Source: Trichoplax adhaerens
Taxonomy: Eukaryota > Animalia > Placozoa
Assembly: GCF_000150275.1 (NCBI RefSeq)
Contig: NW_002060953.1
Coordinates: forward strand, 1,973,429-2,037,428
DNA length: 64,000 nucleotides
Reading direction: 5' to 3'
Positions 13,566 through 26,495 of the stretch are shown here, piece by piece. The position numbers were made by a program, and so were the translations under genes. The notes below the pieces were generated by a model. It ran no database searches and had not been told where the DNA came from. It saw only the letters and a program-made list of their open reading frames with translations. How positions within the stretch are numbered: position 1 is the stretch's first letter; the number at the start of each line of letters is the position of its first letter.

Positions 13566-16500
13566 CTAATCAGAAAAGGGCTGGCCACCTGTAGCTACAG
13601 ATAAAATATCTAAAACAACTCTTTCATTACTTAATATGCCGACATGTGTAACTCCCGGTAGTGAACGATATGATACTGGCTGCGATTGCTCATCTTTCCA
13701 ACGTCTACAAACCTATTATATTAAATTAATTATATATTGTTTATGTTTCTATGACATATTCCCATTTATATAGAGAAGTATCTCTGTATCTTACTTGTAA
13801 GCTTGGTAAAGGTACACGTCCATCGCCATCAACTTCGATTACTTTCGGCTTTTGATCAAAATTATCACTATCGTACTGAAAAATATTCGGGGTTTTGACT
13901 CCTATACCTAAATAAGAATTACACATAGGGGTACTTTACAAACGGCATTTTACTAATTTGGTTCAATCTCTTACTCTTTATATTATTCTACTCATAATTG
14001 TAAATGAGGCTAGTTTTAACACAGTTACCATGCCAGCAATAGACAGTGACATTAGGAGCTTGCAGAGTTGTCAAATCCTTGTTATTTAAATACATTTCAT
14101 AAACGCCCTAAATAGCAAATGAATATAACATAGATTTTATCCTCTATTTATTCTATGGTTAAAATAAATTAGCTTATATTGCTGGTGTTGCTATATGTCT
14201 TACATGCAATGATTGCTGTTCCAATAGAGCGCCTATATCACTAGCTGTGTAATTTCTTGTTGGTGTGCTGAGAAAAACGTAATCTTTCCAGTACTTTGCA
14301 TTTGGAAATAGCCATGCTATACTGCCTAAAATTTAAAATTTATAATAGAGTTTGTACAGCTATCTTAATAGGATACTATTATTCTTACAAAATTGCGTAA
14401 AAAGGGCGTCTATTTAAGCTTAGTCTTACATACCGAAACTTCGAGCAAGCGTACGAATAATATTAGGATCAATAAAATCAGGTAATCCATCTAGTATTGG
14501 AGATAGCTGAATAATACGTAAAAATTTCACTTTATGAAATTAAAATAAAGATATTATACCGGGTCTACAATTTTAGATCTGCATACAAAATCTGAATTAA
14601 TTCTTTCATTCAAAGTTTGCTTGTTTTGATATTATAAAATGATCAAAATTCTTGCATTCACTGATATTAAAATATATTGGTTATGTAAATAGCTATGGCT
14701 TTATTTCCTCGCTTCTTATACATTAGCCTTACCACGCCAGCAACTGTCTGTCCAGCACCTGCGAATACTCCAGCTAGAGCAATGTAAGATTTTATATATT
14801 TTGCTTTCCATGCTTCGCTAACATAGGTGTTCAAAAATAAAGTCAAGACTGGATTGCCTACAAAATCGTAATTGTTATAAATTATTATACCGATATAAGT
14901 CTTATATTAATCTAGGCTTTAAGAAGTAAGTCTTGCTGTGAGCAAATCACAAAATAGAAATATACTCGGGATTTCTTTTCCGACATACCTAAACTTTCTG
15001 CCACACAAACCACAGGAGTATTGCTATTGTTTGCGTATGCTCCTTCAATCATTTTTTTCAAATTATGAAATATACCATTTGGTAAATAATAAGAATCAGC
15101 TCCAACACGCCAGTCGTACTAAATTAATAGATCAAATGCACATTGCAGGCAATTTATTAAATCATATTTATAACCGTCTAATAAGAATTAAACTTTTTAT
15201 TAATAGCAACGGCATACTTACAGGAGCAGCTATCAAATTTTTATTCTGCTGATATCCAATACTCTCCAGAGCATTGATAATGGTGTTATACTCTCCAGTT
15301 AATGATTTCAGCAATCCCGATGGGTCAATGAATCGAATGTTTTCTATTCCTGTACGAACTCTTACTTGGACACCTACGGAGATTACAAAAATGATGATCA
15401 GTTCTATTCCTGGTAATTCGGATATATCAAATTTGTTGCGTTTATTTATTCCATCTTAAACGCTATCTCTGCTTGTAATGTAACTAGTATTGTGATTGTA
15501 GACTGTTAGCCATATTTAGTATAATTTACGGTAGATATTTATCCTAAGAGATATTTGGTAGCTATAACTATAGACTGTAGTGGTACAGACTCTATGCTAG
15601 AGTACAGATGACTATACGCAGTAAAGTGATAAAATTATTAAGTTACTAATAAGGCTATAGGTAAAAATAGAACTGTAAATCATATTAAAATACGGTTAAT
15701 TCATTGTACTTTGGCTGGTGTGAATAATGTCTACGTAAGTACTGTAGTCGTATCCATATTGGATTAATGATGGTCGCAGTAGAATAGTCTTACTAAGAAT
15801 AATTTAACTATGTGTAATATAAGGTAAAAGGTTGCCATGCGGATTGTAGCTGCGATTGCTACGAAAAGTATAAAAGCATGCAACTTTAGATTATTCTGTT
15901 AGTTCGTTGTAGAAGTCTTTAGTAGTAGTATTCGGCTAGAGTAGAGCTGTGTGTAGTTAATCTTTGTATAAGATTCAATAAAGCCCTTATTTTTTTTAAA
16001 TTTGGAATTTTGTGATCGGTATATATCACACTGCTAGAAGTATAATTATGATAAATAGCTGCTTAAAGATTTAGCATTAATTGTACCTTCTGCTGCTGGA
16101 GAATAAACGTGAGTAACAGCATCGTACTTTAATTTTATATTATCCTCCCTATTAAGGTTTCAAAATTAAGAAGTTGCTTGATAGACGCGTCATCATTAAA
16201 CAAAAAAATTAATTATAGAATTTAAAACTGGTTGCATCGCATCTAATACTAGCTAATGATAATGATAACTATAAAATCTCATTTATGATAGATAAGAATA
16301 TACAGTAGATTAAGGAGTACTAGAAAATTATCATGTTCAAATGCTCGAATCAAACTATAGTTATCGATCATACTTTATACTTACCAGCAGTCTATAATAA
16401 AGGGAAGAAAATCTTCAATGTTTACCCATATCAATTCCCATTTGGACTTTTTCTTGCAATAAAAGTATGGAACACTTTTTCTGTCAAGTTTAGCTTCGAG

Positions 16501-18011
16501 TTGAGCTCCCAATAGGGCTAACCGTAAAGTGAGTTATTCAAAATCATTTAAGATTACCTTAGATTCTAGAAGTTTGTTCAAGTTAAATTATTTCATATAA
16601 TGTTTGATCTATTAATTAATTGATATAATTCCAAAGAAAAATTTCGTTGGGTCTAATATCAGCACGCAATCTAGTATGTTAGTAGTTGTAAGCTTAGTAC
16701 GACTCCATTGACCAATTACGCTTTATGTACCTGTAACAAGCATGACAGGATACATCTTTTTCTTATTACTAGCTTTAAGTTTGTTAATAAAACTGCGAAC
16801 TGAAGGAGACCGAAGAGGATTTTTTTCTTCATTTTGATATTTGATGTATGGTCTATAGATATGTAAAGCGTTAGTTATTATATCAAGATCCTTGCCTGAT
16901 ACGACGTAGTTAATCACAAATTTCCAAAGACAGTATACAATAAGAAATTTATTAGATCTTTATACAAATACACATTACCCTCAGTTCTACACTAATCGAA
17001 TAAAACTACTAGAAAGCTCTTAGACTGAATTACTATATCATCTAAAATTGCTAGCTTATACGCTTTTGGCAGCATCTGTAGCCATAATAAGGGTAGCAAA
17101 GTTAGCTAGACTATATTTTTAATAACGATAGTGCTCATTGTCATAGATACTTTAGCTGAGTATCATTATAGGCAAAGCTTTACACTTTGTCAGAAAATTT
17201 TGCTATATGTGGCTAATAATTAATTTACAGTTTGGTACTTGATTGCATAACATCTGATTAAAATATATTCGCTGATCATCGTTACTGTAATTCCAATGCT
17301 GATGATAATAGTATTTTCACCGAGCGGAAGACTTATTAACTAAAGTACAAGCAAATTTTAATCCTAAAAATTAATCTATCATAGTGTTCAATATGACTAT
17401 AACAAACATATGTATAATCTAAGCATAGTAAAAGTAAACGATAAAAGTGTAACTTGAAGGGCGAACGTAATTAAACTACGAATTATATATCATTTATCGC
17501 TAGCGATTAATGATAGAATCTTGTAGCTTAAGTTGACATGAGTATTATGTAACTGGGTATAATTTTAATGATTAGCTGGCTACTGCAAACCGCGATTTGA
17601 AAGCAAACTAGTAAGATACCGATTATCAATAAAGGAATTAGATCTATTTCCTCTGAGGCGATATGTGGTTGAAATTCTAGGTTATAGAAACTCTTGCTAT
17701 TAAAATAATATATCTATTTATGCCACCTAAGCCTAATTGACCTCTTAGTTACTACATCGAAATAGTACTACTGTGGTTCGTTTTATTTTGATTATCATGG
17801 TTATTATCAATAAGTTTAGTGATAATAACTTGTTACTATAATAATGATAAGTAGATTAATCGTTATCCGATGATACAAACTCTTTCATCTTGTTCACAAA
17901 TGCATCCTTTCCTCTCTCAGTATATAAGTCTTTCCAATTTCCCATGTCAGCGTTTACGGCCCCAACAGCTAACGTTAACATCGTTAATGTGATAATATCA
18001 AAGCTCTTCAT
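13566..18011 (-). CDS. Group XV (lysosomal) phospholipase A2 / LCAT-family lipase-acyltransferase, paralog A
   Basis: Signal-peptide exon MKSFDIITLTMLTLAVGAVNA (ATG at 18011). Spliced core reads YPVMLVTALLGAQLEAKLDRKSVPYFYCKKKSKWELIWVNIEDFLPFIIDCWEDNIKLKYD...NLIAAPYDWRVGA...PVVCVAESLG...WKAKYIKSYIAL...LQAPNVTVYCWHGIGVKTP...DGDGRVPLPSLQVC...GVTHVGILSNERV...ATGGQPFSD*. Catalytic Ser, Asp and His are present. Small exons between 16860 and 17870 are unresolved. Confidence 0.92.
15474..16030 (+). mobile_element. Solo LTR, family A copy 1 (557 bp), in an intron of PLA2 paralog A
   Basis: TGTAATG...TATCACA termini; 5-bp TSD CTGCT (15469-15473 / 16031-16035); TATAAAA at 15869 and AATAAA at 15977; highly similar to 53901-54454 and 61157-61711. 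Confidence 0.9.
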
Positions 18012-20339
18012 GGTGTCAATGGTAGGCTGCTAATATGACTTTAGTAAAATAAGCAATGATTTTATACTATAGAAAAGTTATCTTATGCTAAATAAGACGA
18101 GTATGCTAGATAAGGTCCACGAGTATTATTTCCAACTGTCAATCGTTAATCTTCAACTAACGGCTGTCTACTAGCGCTTCCTCAGTAATCTAGACTAACA
18201 CTGCAATGAACTACCGTTGATTACCTTAGATATTATAAAAGTTTAAATTATTGCTTTATTATATAACCCTAAAGCAAGATCTTTGCGAATAGGATAGTGC
18301 ATCAAACGTATCTTCAGATTAAATTGAATTATAAGACGATTTAAAAGTAAATAATGGATTGGCTAGGAAGTAGAGGACTGCAGCAGGTAGGCAATTAAGG
18401 ATGTCTTTATCACAGTATAAGGTAATGTATAGAACAATACCTTAGCATTAATAGACCGTAGTATAATGTAGACCAAATGCTGATGTTATAGTGTACGTTA
18501 AATTCTTGTATGCAGAGCTTGCAATGATAGGTTAGAGTTCTAACTTAAATATCATACTGAATATATATTATGCTAGTTTTTAAAAGTAAATCTGTTGGCT
18601 ATAATAGTCTTGTTTGATCTACTACCTATATCATATTGAAATAAAACAAATTTTAGTATCATGTGACTAGCTCGTGAAAAATAGACAAAATTACGGCAGA
18701 TACTGATAACAATCGCATGAATATTTAACGAGTACTGCATTCTAATGACCTAGTTAGTTTACAATTTGTGATATATTGTAAGCTATAATTTGCATTCGAT
18801 ATAGACTAATAGAGGTTCTAGATTAATCATTATATTGTTATAATTATTAGTTTATATAAGCTACCGCCTAGAAATAGGTAATTATTAATAGGTATTTGTT
18901 GTATCATTTAATTGAGACTCATTTATATCTATTAGAAGTTGTATTCCATAAAGATCGACAGTTATTGCTGATTCTACCTTCGTGTTATAGAACGCAATCA
19001 TGTTTGCTGAAGTACAGCAGGAACATCATTACACACTTATACATCAGCTGACTAACATTAGACTATGTTGTATGCTTTTAATTTGAAATTGCAATAGATG
19101 AAGATGGACTATAAAGCGTAGAGGCACATCGCAGTTACATGAAAATACCTTATGCTCATTATTTTGATAGCATTAAAAATAATTCAATCGTAATTTGCAT
19201 TATAAACGTAATGATTGCCATCGTAGTGGAAAAACGCTTCTATCTTGATCATAAATCTCAGAACTATCAATATTATTATTCTAATTTGAAGATTTAATTA
19301 GGAGCTATTTCCTATATATTTCTTCTGCGCCTCACTTGTTGCCAACATCAGCTAGAATTAATTGGAAAGATTACTATCTAATTATAATCAATAGAACAAA
19401 CGATTTAGCAATAGAAATCGTATTATACCAAAGATAAAATTGTCAATCTCTGGTAGTTAACGAAAAGAACAAATGCAGATAATGACATCTCTTCGCAGAT
19501 CCAACAACCTTAAATTTTGAATCAAATTCTCCTTTGCAGTAGTCTACTCAAATGTTAAGAGTCAGATTAGTATACTATATTATAACGTGACGTTATAGAG
19601 CTGACATCTACGACCTTCCATGTACTTAGTATTAATGTTGCAAGTACACTATTTTACCATACCAACCACCTTCTGCAGTTAATTTATGAAGCGTAGCGAC
19701 AACCCAAGGTCACACAATACCGTACTTTATTTCATATTATTAGAAAGCTTCTAATAGAAAATATTACTGCAATTAGCTGAAAACTCTGCGGCTAAATATT
19801 TTGAGTACCATTAATTGAGCTAACACCAATCACTCAATATTTTCATTCGAATTAGTACTCAACTGATTCGTTAGCTAAAAACATTTTTATTTTATTACTA
19901 CAAAATATTCTATTTATTAAAAGGAAGAAATAATATATGCATTATACGCGTATATTGTAGGCAATTGTTGCTTCAGACCGACATTATTTAATTGCAACTT
20001 GTATTTCATTAAACTGATTAGTTTTAATGTGCAAAGGATGCAGATCAATCGTTGACGAGCATCAGGCTTTCACACCTTATCATACATTACTGAGATATTA
20101 CAGGAGTCTATTTTCATTCGCAAGTCCATTCATATTGTTACAATTAAATAGAGTCAATCGTCATTTGCATTAAAAACACATATCTTAACTTATGTATTTT
20201 TTTATACATGACAGTTTTAGTTGCTGGCTGATTTAATCAAGGACACTTTCATCTTTTCCATACATCTCAGAAGGACGAACTACGTTAGTTTTTAATTAAA
20301 AGAATTTAATTGATAGCTATTTCCTATCTATTTCTTTTA

Positions 20340-20355
20340 CCCCCCCCCCCCCCCC
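20340..20355. repeat. Poly-C tract (C16)
   Basis: 16 consecutive C in an otherwise AT-rich intergenic region. Confidence 0.95.
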
Positions 20356-20822
20356 ATCGTTTTATTACAGAAGCCAGACTGAATTACTAGGTAACATTGC
20401 TATCTAATTATAATTAAGAACCCAAACTAGACAGTAGTAGTAATCATATTATGCTAATAGCAATATCACAATTTTATGATAGTTACCAAAGCAACACTTC
20501 GCGAAAAATGATCTGTTTATGTAGGTATATCTGTGTTACGTGATATCATTTCTATTTAAGTTTGTTTCCAAGCTTTATTTTGGAGTCCGTTTGCATGTTC
20601 AAATCAACTTATTAAGTGAATGACTTTTACTAGAAAGTATCAGAAGTTTTTGATCCACTGCAAGTTTTATCCAGTTGACTAAGTTAGTTATATACTATAA
20701 ACATCTACATCACAGTGATGCTACAATAATTGCTAGGCTTAATTAAACAAATAACAGACGAGGCATTCTACAAAAAATTTCATTCATAGAAAACTTAAAT
20801 AACACACTTGAAAACTCATAAT

Positions 20823-23800
20823 TTATTTGCGAAGTGAGGCTACGTATTGCTCTTTGATTATCCGTCGTAGAATTTTGCCACTGGCAGATTTTGGGATCTG
20901 AGTGACAAATTCGACACCACCTCTTAATTTTTTATGTGGAGCAACATTTGCTGCCACATAATCCTGGACCATTTTTTCAGTTAAATCACCTAGGAAATGG
21001 ATAACGTCGCTATTAGCATAATTCTAAATTTCTTTGCGAATCTACATTACCTACAGCTTAAGAGAATACTCTTTAATTCTCATCAATAACCTACCTTCAG
21101 GATTCTTTTTGATAACTATAGCTCGCGGAACTTCTCCAGCTTCTTCGTCATCTATCCCAATTACTGCTGCGTCGGCTATGTCTTCATGGCATTTCAATAA
21201 AGCTTCGAGTTCAGCTGGAGGAACCTAATAAATTATGATGCCTTTATTTAATCTGTCTCTTATCGCAATGTGTTTACTAATTACTTCCGAACACGCTTTA
21301 AAATCTCCGCTAGTACATTAAATAAACATTTCATGTGCAATTTTTTACCTGAAATCCTTTATACTTGATAAGTTCTTTCAAGCGCTCAACAATGAAAATA
21401 TGGCCTTCCTCGTCATAATGTCCGACATCGCCAGTTCGTAGCCAACCATCGCTATCGAGGCAATTTGCTGTTTCTTCCGGGCGATTTAAGTAACCCATCA
21501 TTATCTGCGGACCTCTAGCCCATAATTCACCATCTTTGTTAACCGGCAAAACTTCTTTTGTATTTAAATCGACAAACTAAAAATTTGCATACATGAAAAA
21601 TTATTTCTGATCCAAGTAGAAAAGATTTCGCTTTTCTATTCAAAACTGAATTCAAGATTGCTTACACGAAGTCTTTACTATAAATAAGTCTTCATGATAT
21701 GTTAAAAGAGTGATTATATTCTTTAATACTTGTAATGTCTATAAATTTTACCTTGAGTTCTGTATTTGGAATAGGTGTGCCTACTGAACCAATTTTGTAC
21801 TTGTTGCACTCGAAAGGCAATGTAAGAATTCCACAGGATTCCGTCATACCATATCCTATTAGGATGGCATAAAATGATGCTGATAAATGACACCAAATAC
21901 TAACGACTACAATTTCAAAATCTTTAGATTTAGTCAATCAAACATAGTTGATATTTCTTCAGCACCTTAACGAATCTTGAAATCTACGTTGCTTAATTAA
22001 AATCTGTTAAATGCTAGCATCTATAAAGAATCAATTTTACCTTGATTAAATCTTTTCAGATTGAACTTTGCGATAATAGCATTCATAATTTCACCTCCAA
22101 GCGGTGCAGCACCACATCCAATGTCAGTTAAGCTCGATAAGTCGTACTTGTCAACAAGTGGCGATTTAAGTAAAAATAATGCGAGGGGAGGAACTATGCC
22201 AATATGGCGAACCTACAGTCGTATAAAATCAAAAATCACATTAAATAACCTAGGTATTACTATTAAGTTATGAGTAGATTCCTACTCTCTTCTAACTTTA
22301 TACTCTGATACTTATACCTTTGTAAGAATGCTAAATGATGCTTACGAACGTAGCTAGGCAGATTTAGTACTGTAATATAAATTCTCGATGCCTATTTTCA
22401 AGTTCTTCAGAATGCAATATTTAATAAGTGTCGCAATTGCCTCCGAAATGGTACGGTACTAAATACAGTGATTTCTAATTACTGTAAATGGTTGAGGACA
22501 ATTCTATAAATTCCTTTCATTTTTATTTGCGCTATTCCATAGAAAAAGCATATTAATGCTCCTGATACTAATTTTCTATGTACTGTATACCATACTGAAT
22601 GTGGCTCTGTTACCTTGCAGTCTTGGATTGCTTTCAAGAAAGAATTGGGTTCAAAACGAGGTAATGTTACTATTTGAGCTCCGTCTCTGAGGCCACTTGC
22701 CAATAAAATAATCATACCGAAGGCGTGATAAAATGGCAGTACAGCCAATACAGGTACACGTTTCAAATCTTCAGGCTTAACTGCTTCATGATGGCCTTGT
22801 TGCAAGCATGCTACTAAATTGTAATGGGATAGCATGACTCCCTTTGCAACACCAGTAGTACCGCTGGAATACGGCAAAATGCAAATATCTTTCTTCGGAT
22901 TAATTTGAACATTAGTTGGAAATTGATCTCCACTATCGCTATATTATAAAACAGATGAATGGAAGTTGTAAATACCACATTTGCAAAATAATTATGATCT
23001 AATTGAGCGAATGATTTCAGAATTGCAATTGATTTCTAGTTATTAATGCAAACAATTTCTTCTTCGTTTTGCAAAAATGTTAGTTATTGATTGCAAGATG
23101 CAAAATAAAGAGAACGTTGGCAATAATTTCTTTCTTAAAACAAACATCGACCCATATAGCTGACTACAGTAACCTATTACAGATTGTGAACCGTTTATTC
23201 CAGCTTTTTCGAATCACGGTTTCCTCATAACAACAAGAAAATGATCATTCTGAATAAAATAAACATTTAAATCGGTATGCAGTCTTAGGTTAAGGAATTC
23301 ATGGAAGGAATAGGTGGACAAATTAAAAATAATTATAAATGGTTAGCTGGCGTTGATTTAGAATACGCGAGACTTTTATAGTTAGGTTTTTCGATTCCAT
23401 ATTAAATACGCTCTTAGAGTGGAATTAAAATTGCCCAGAGCTACGCGGTATATTAAGAATTATATAAACAAACAGTTATAACAACAACATGAATAAATCA
23501 CTTGATTCTGTGTATGTTGTATCCAAATATCAGTCCAATAATAAGCGTAACTAACCTGATCATATCAACATATGATATATATCCTTCAGCTACACCAAAT
23601 ACAAATTTCTCTTTGAAAGTGATATCAAGTTTATTGATTGTAGGAATGCAGCTTTCCTCAGCAACCAAGTATTGAGCTCCAGAGTCTTTTAATTGGTGAT
23701 TAAATTCATTTTCTGTGTACATATGATTGCATGTTGTAACAATGCCCCCAATAGCCAAAACACCATAATAAACCACCGCCCAGTCGATGCAATTTGAACT

Positions 23801-25960
23801 AATAATTGCAACCACATCGCCTTTTTTGACGCCCTTCTTTACGAGTGCTGAAGCAAAGCACTTAATAAGGCGATCTAGTTCTTTATACTTGTAAGTTTTA
23901 CCGGTGATACCATCGGTCTAAAATAGGATACAATTTACAATTTATTACGTAAGATGGGCAGTAATGAAAACAGAATGACTGCAGCTTGCTATAAGCTTTA
24001 CACCATTTATCATCGAAATCTCTCTATGAATATACTATTCATAACAATGATCGCAAAATGCTTATAAATATGCATCCAATTCTAATTACGTGAAAATAGG
24101 TTATGATGTTCACAATCAACAGTACCAGTGCTAGCCTGCTAAAAGGTCAAAGTAACGTATGGTAATTTTCATTATTTACACAGTTTATGCTATAGTAATA
24201 TGAATCAGATTTGCTAGGACTGTATTGGTCAACTGCTGAACCTTAGCAATTACATAGGAATCTTATTACGACGATGCGTAATTGGGATGTCGCCAGCCTT
24301 TAGTTAGTAGGATTTATAATGTCTTTTTGATGCAGCAATATTCTCATATAGCTAGCTGTATGCTAGCAAACCTTGCAATACAATAATATAGAAGATATAG
24401 GATGAGTATCTACAGCAAAAGTAAGCACTTGTTATCTGTTCGTAGCCCAACTGGAACTGATATACTTCAAGATTTTCCGATTTTAAAGCTATGCAGTGCG
24501 TAGAAAATCGATTTTAATCTCACAATAGCCTAAATGCTAAGCACATACCGGTACGATAGGTGTAGGAAATAAGTAGTGCAGATTCTGTATCATGCACTAT
24601 GCTTTCAATATAAAGCTGCTGGAATAAGCTGGTCGAAAATACAATTCATGCAATACTACATGAGACTGTGTATGTATTTTGAGTTTTTCTTTCTATGCTG
24701 CTCTTTTTTTAGTGAGTAGTATATGACCATAAAAAGATCAAGTTAGAAATTGAATTTTAGAAGCAACACGAGGTATTACTGCTGGATAAAAAGGGCTAGA
24801 TCAGGGTCACTTTTTATGTGATAGTCCACAGATTCCACCCTAATTATTTGATTTCTTATAACTAGGTACAGTATGATGATAAGCGGTAATGCGAACATGT
24901 TAGCATCCGCATAGAGCCCTTTCTACTTTGCGATAACCTATAAATGTTCTTCCAAAAGAGCATTCATTATTCCTTAGGTAACATGATGAACAAACCATTT
25001 TGGCTAATCATTCAACAATAGAATTGATCATGGACGATTTAACTCTTAACATTATTAATACCACAACTTGTTAGAAAATAATAGTCTGCTTTGAATTTGT
25101 ATTCGGCCAGAAATTAAACAAGATAGTACTGTTATTCAAGACTGAGTACCATAGAAGACTATGGGCAGCAATGTTGTTCACAAATAAAAATTGCACAAAA
25201 GAACTTTAAATTTAAAGTACAAGAAAAATCAACTGCCTTCTCTCTATATCTTACAATCTATTCATCAATTCCTTGGTGCAATGACTATTAGTATCGAAAT
25301 AAGACATTGTATTATGCTGCTTGATAGAAATTAACAACAGTCTAGTCTCTGCAAGCTTTCTTCATTCCAGAAAAGGCCTAAGCTAATTAGATAATGTGAC
25401 TTTATTATGCAACATTTATTAACAAGTAACAACAACTTCAACTATCATCGTCTACTATTCTATGACATTAGCAGCAGTGAATTTATAAATCAACCGGTAT
25501 AAGCCACCTCTATCCTCTATTATTAGGTGTGAAGTAGTGGGTGATAAAATTAAATTTGGCATTTTGGCGCTGCATCATCGTGATTTACATCTCAAGTCCT
25601 TTTTGCCAGTAGATTATGAAATTTGACTGACTATAAATCATCGATCAGTACTTAAACAAGCCTAAGTGGGCTCATCACGTAAAGAAACATTAACATAAGC
25701 TCATAATGGTTCGTTAGAACTGAAAACCGGTTTGAAAACAACGTTATTGATTACATTTTTTTTTGCAACCATATTACAATATTGTTTGACAGCAACATCA
25801 TTACGATTACTTCTAGCCATCATACAGCGTTTGCATCCTCTCTCAAACTTACCACAGCAGGTCGATCAGCATTAGCGGCGAAATTGCGGCTTACGAATTG
25901 ATATAATGAAATATCCTCTGGAATAGGAACAGTAATAGATTGACGAACAACGCCGGCCAT
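20823..25960 (-). CDS. 4-coumarate-CoA ligase-like / firefly-luciferase-family acyl-CoA synthetase (AMP-binding enzyme)
   Basis: Eight GT-AG exons: [23 protein letters not shown]...; [14 protein letters not shown]...; [18 protein letters not shown] (P-loop) and LPFYHAFG; CGAAPLG; QGYGMTE; [14 protein letters not shown]...GWLRTGDVG...[12 protein letters not shown]; [10 protein letters not shown]; [12 protein letters not shown]...ASLRK*. Confidence 0.95.
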
Positions 25961-26208
25961 CCTGTTTATTAACAATGAAAATAGGCGTATAAATAAATTA
26001 TCCAGAAGGTCTAGAGCAATTATATAGCAGCAATATCATACTCCTTATCTAAGATACAGTATAGATAACAAGACTATCTAACGCAGCTCATTACCGTTAC
26101 ACTACATCTACCGATGCCCCAGGCAGTTGTTAGTATAAAACCTCTTACGACTGCTGATACTAAAGGTTCTGTATTGAAGCTTATATTTCACTACATGATG
26201 CTGACCCT

Positions 26209-26495
26209 GGAAGATGTTTTGCTACTGTGGGTGCTGTAGGTAGGTGCTACGTTCGTAATATATAAGTTCTGTTTTTAAAGAGATCTTACTGTATGTTGTT
26301 TTTTCGATGAGTCTGTTCTTTTAAAGGTACTGTATTGGTGCTCATACTTTACTGTGTGGTGCTGATACAGGAAGATGTTTTGCTACTGTATAGCTTATAT
26401 AATATATATTATACTATAGGTAGGTAGGTGCTACGTTCGTAATATTTAAGTTCTGTTTTAATGAGATCGTACTGTATGTTGTACGTTCGATGAGT
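26209..26495. repeat. Direct duplication (~105-125 bp units) just upstream of the acyl-CoA synthetase start
   Basis: GGAAGATGTTTTGCTACTGT...GTAGGTAGGTGCTACGTTCGTAATAT.TAAGTTCTGTTTT..GAGATC.TACTGTATGTTGT..TTCGATGAGT at 26209-26312 and 26370-26495. Confidence 0.9.

Noticed and set aside
14938-16515. Plus-strand ORFs 14938-15252, 15274-15459 and 16333-16515 (similarly 21034-21228, 22061-22273, 48043-48267, 55711-55947 opposite other genes)
   Set aside because: Antisense shadows of real exons on the opposite strand.
20823-25960. Calling the ligase a true luciferase
   Set aside because: Family membership does not imply light emission. Substrate-pocket motifs (YHAFG, CGAAP, FNQGYGM) are the generic 4CL-like type.
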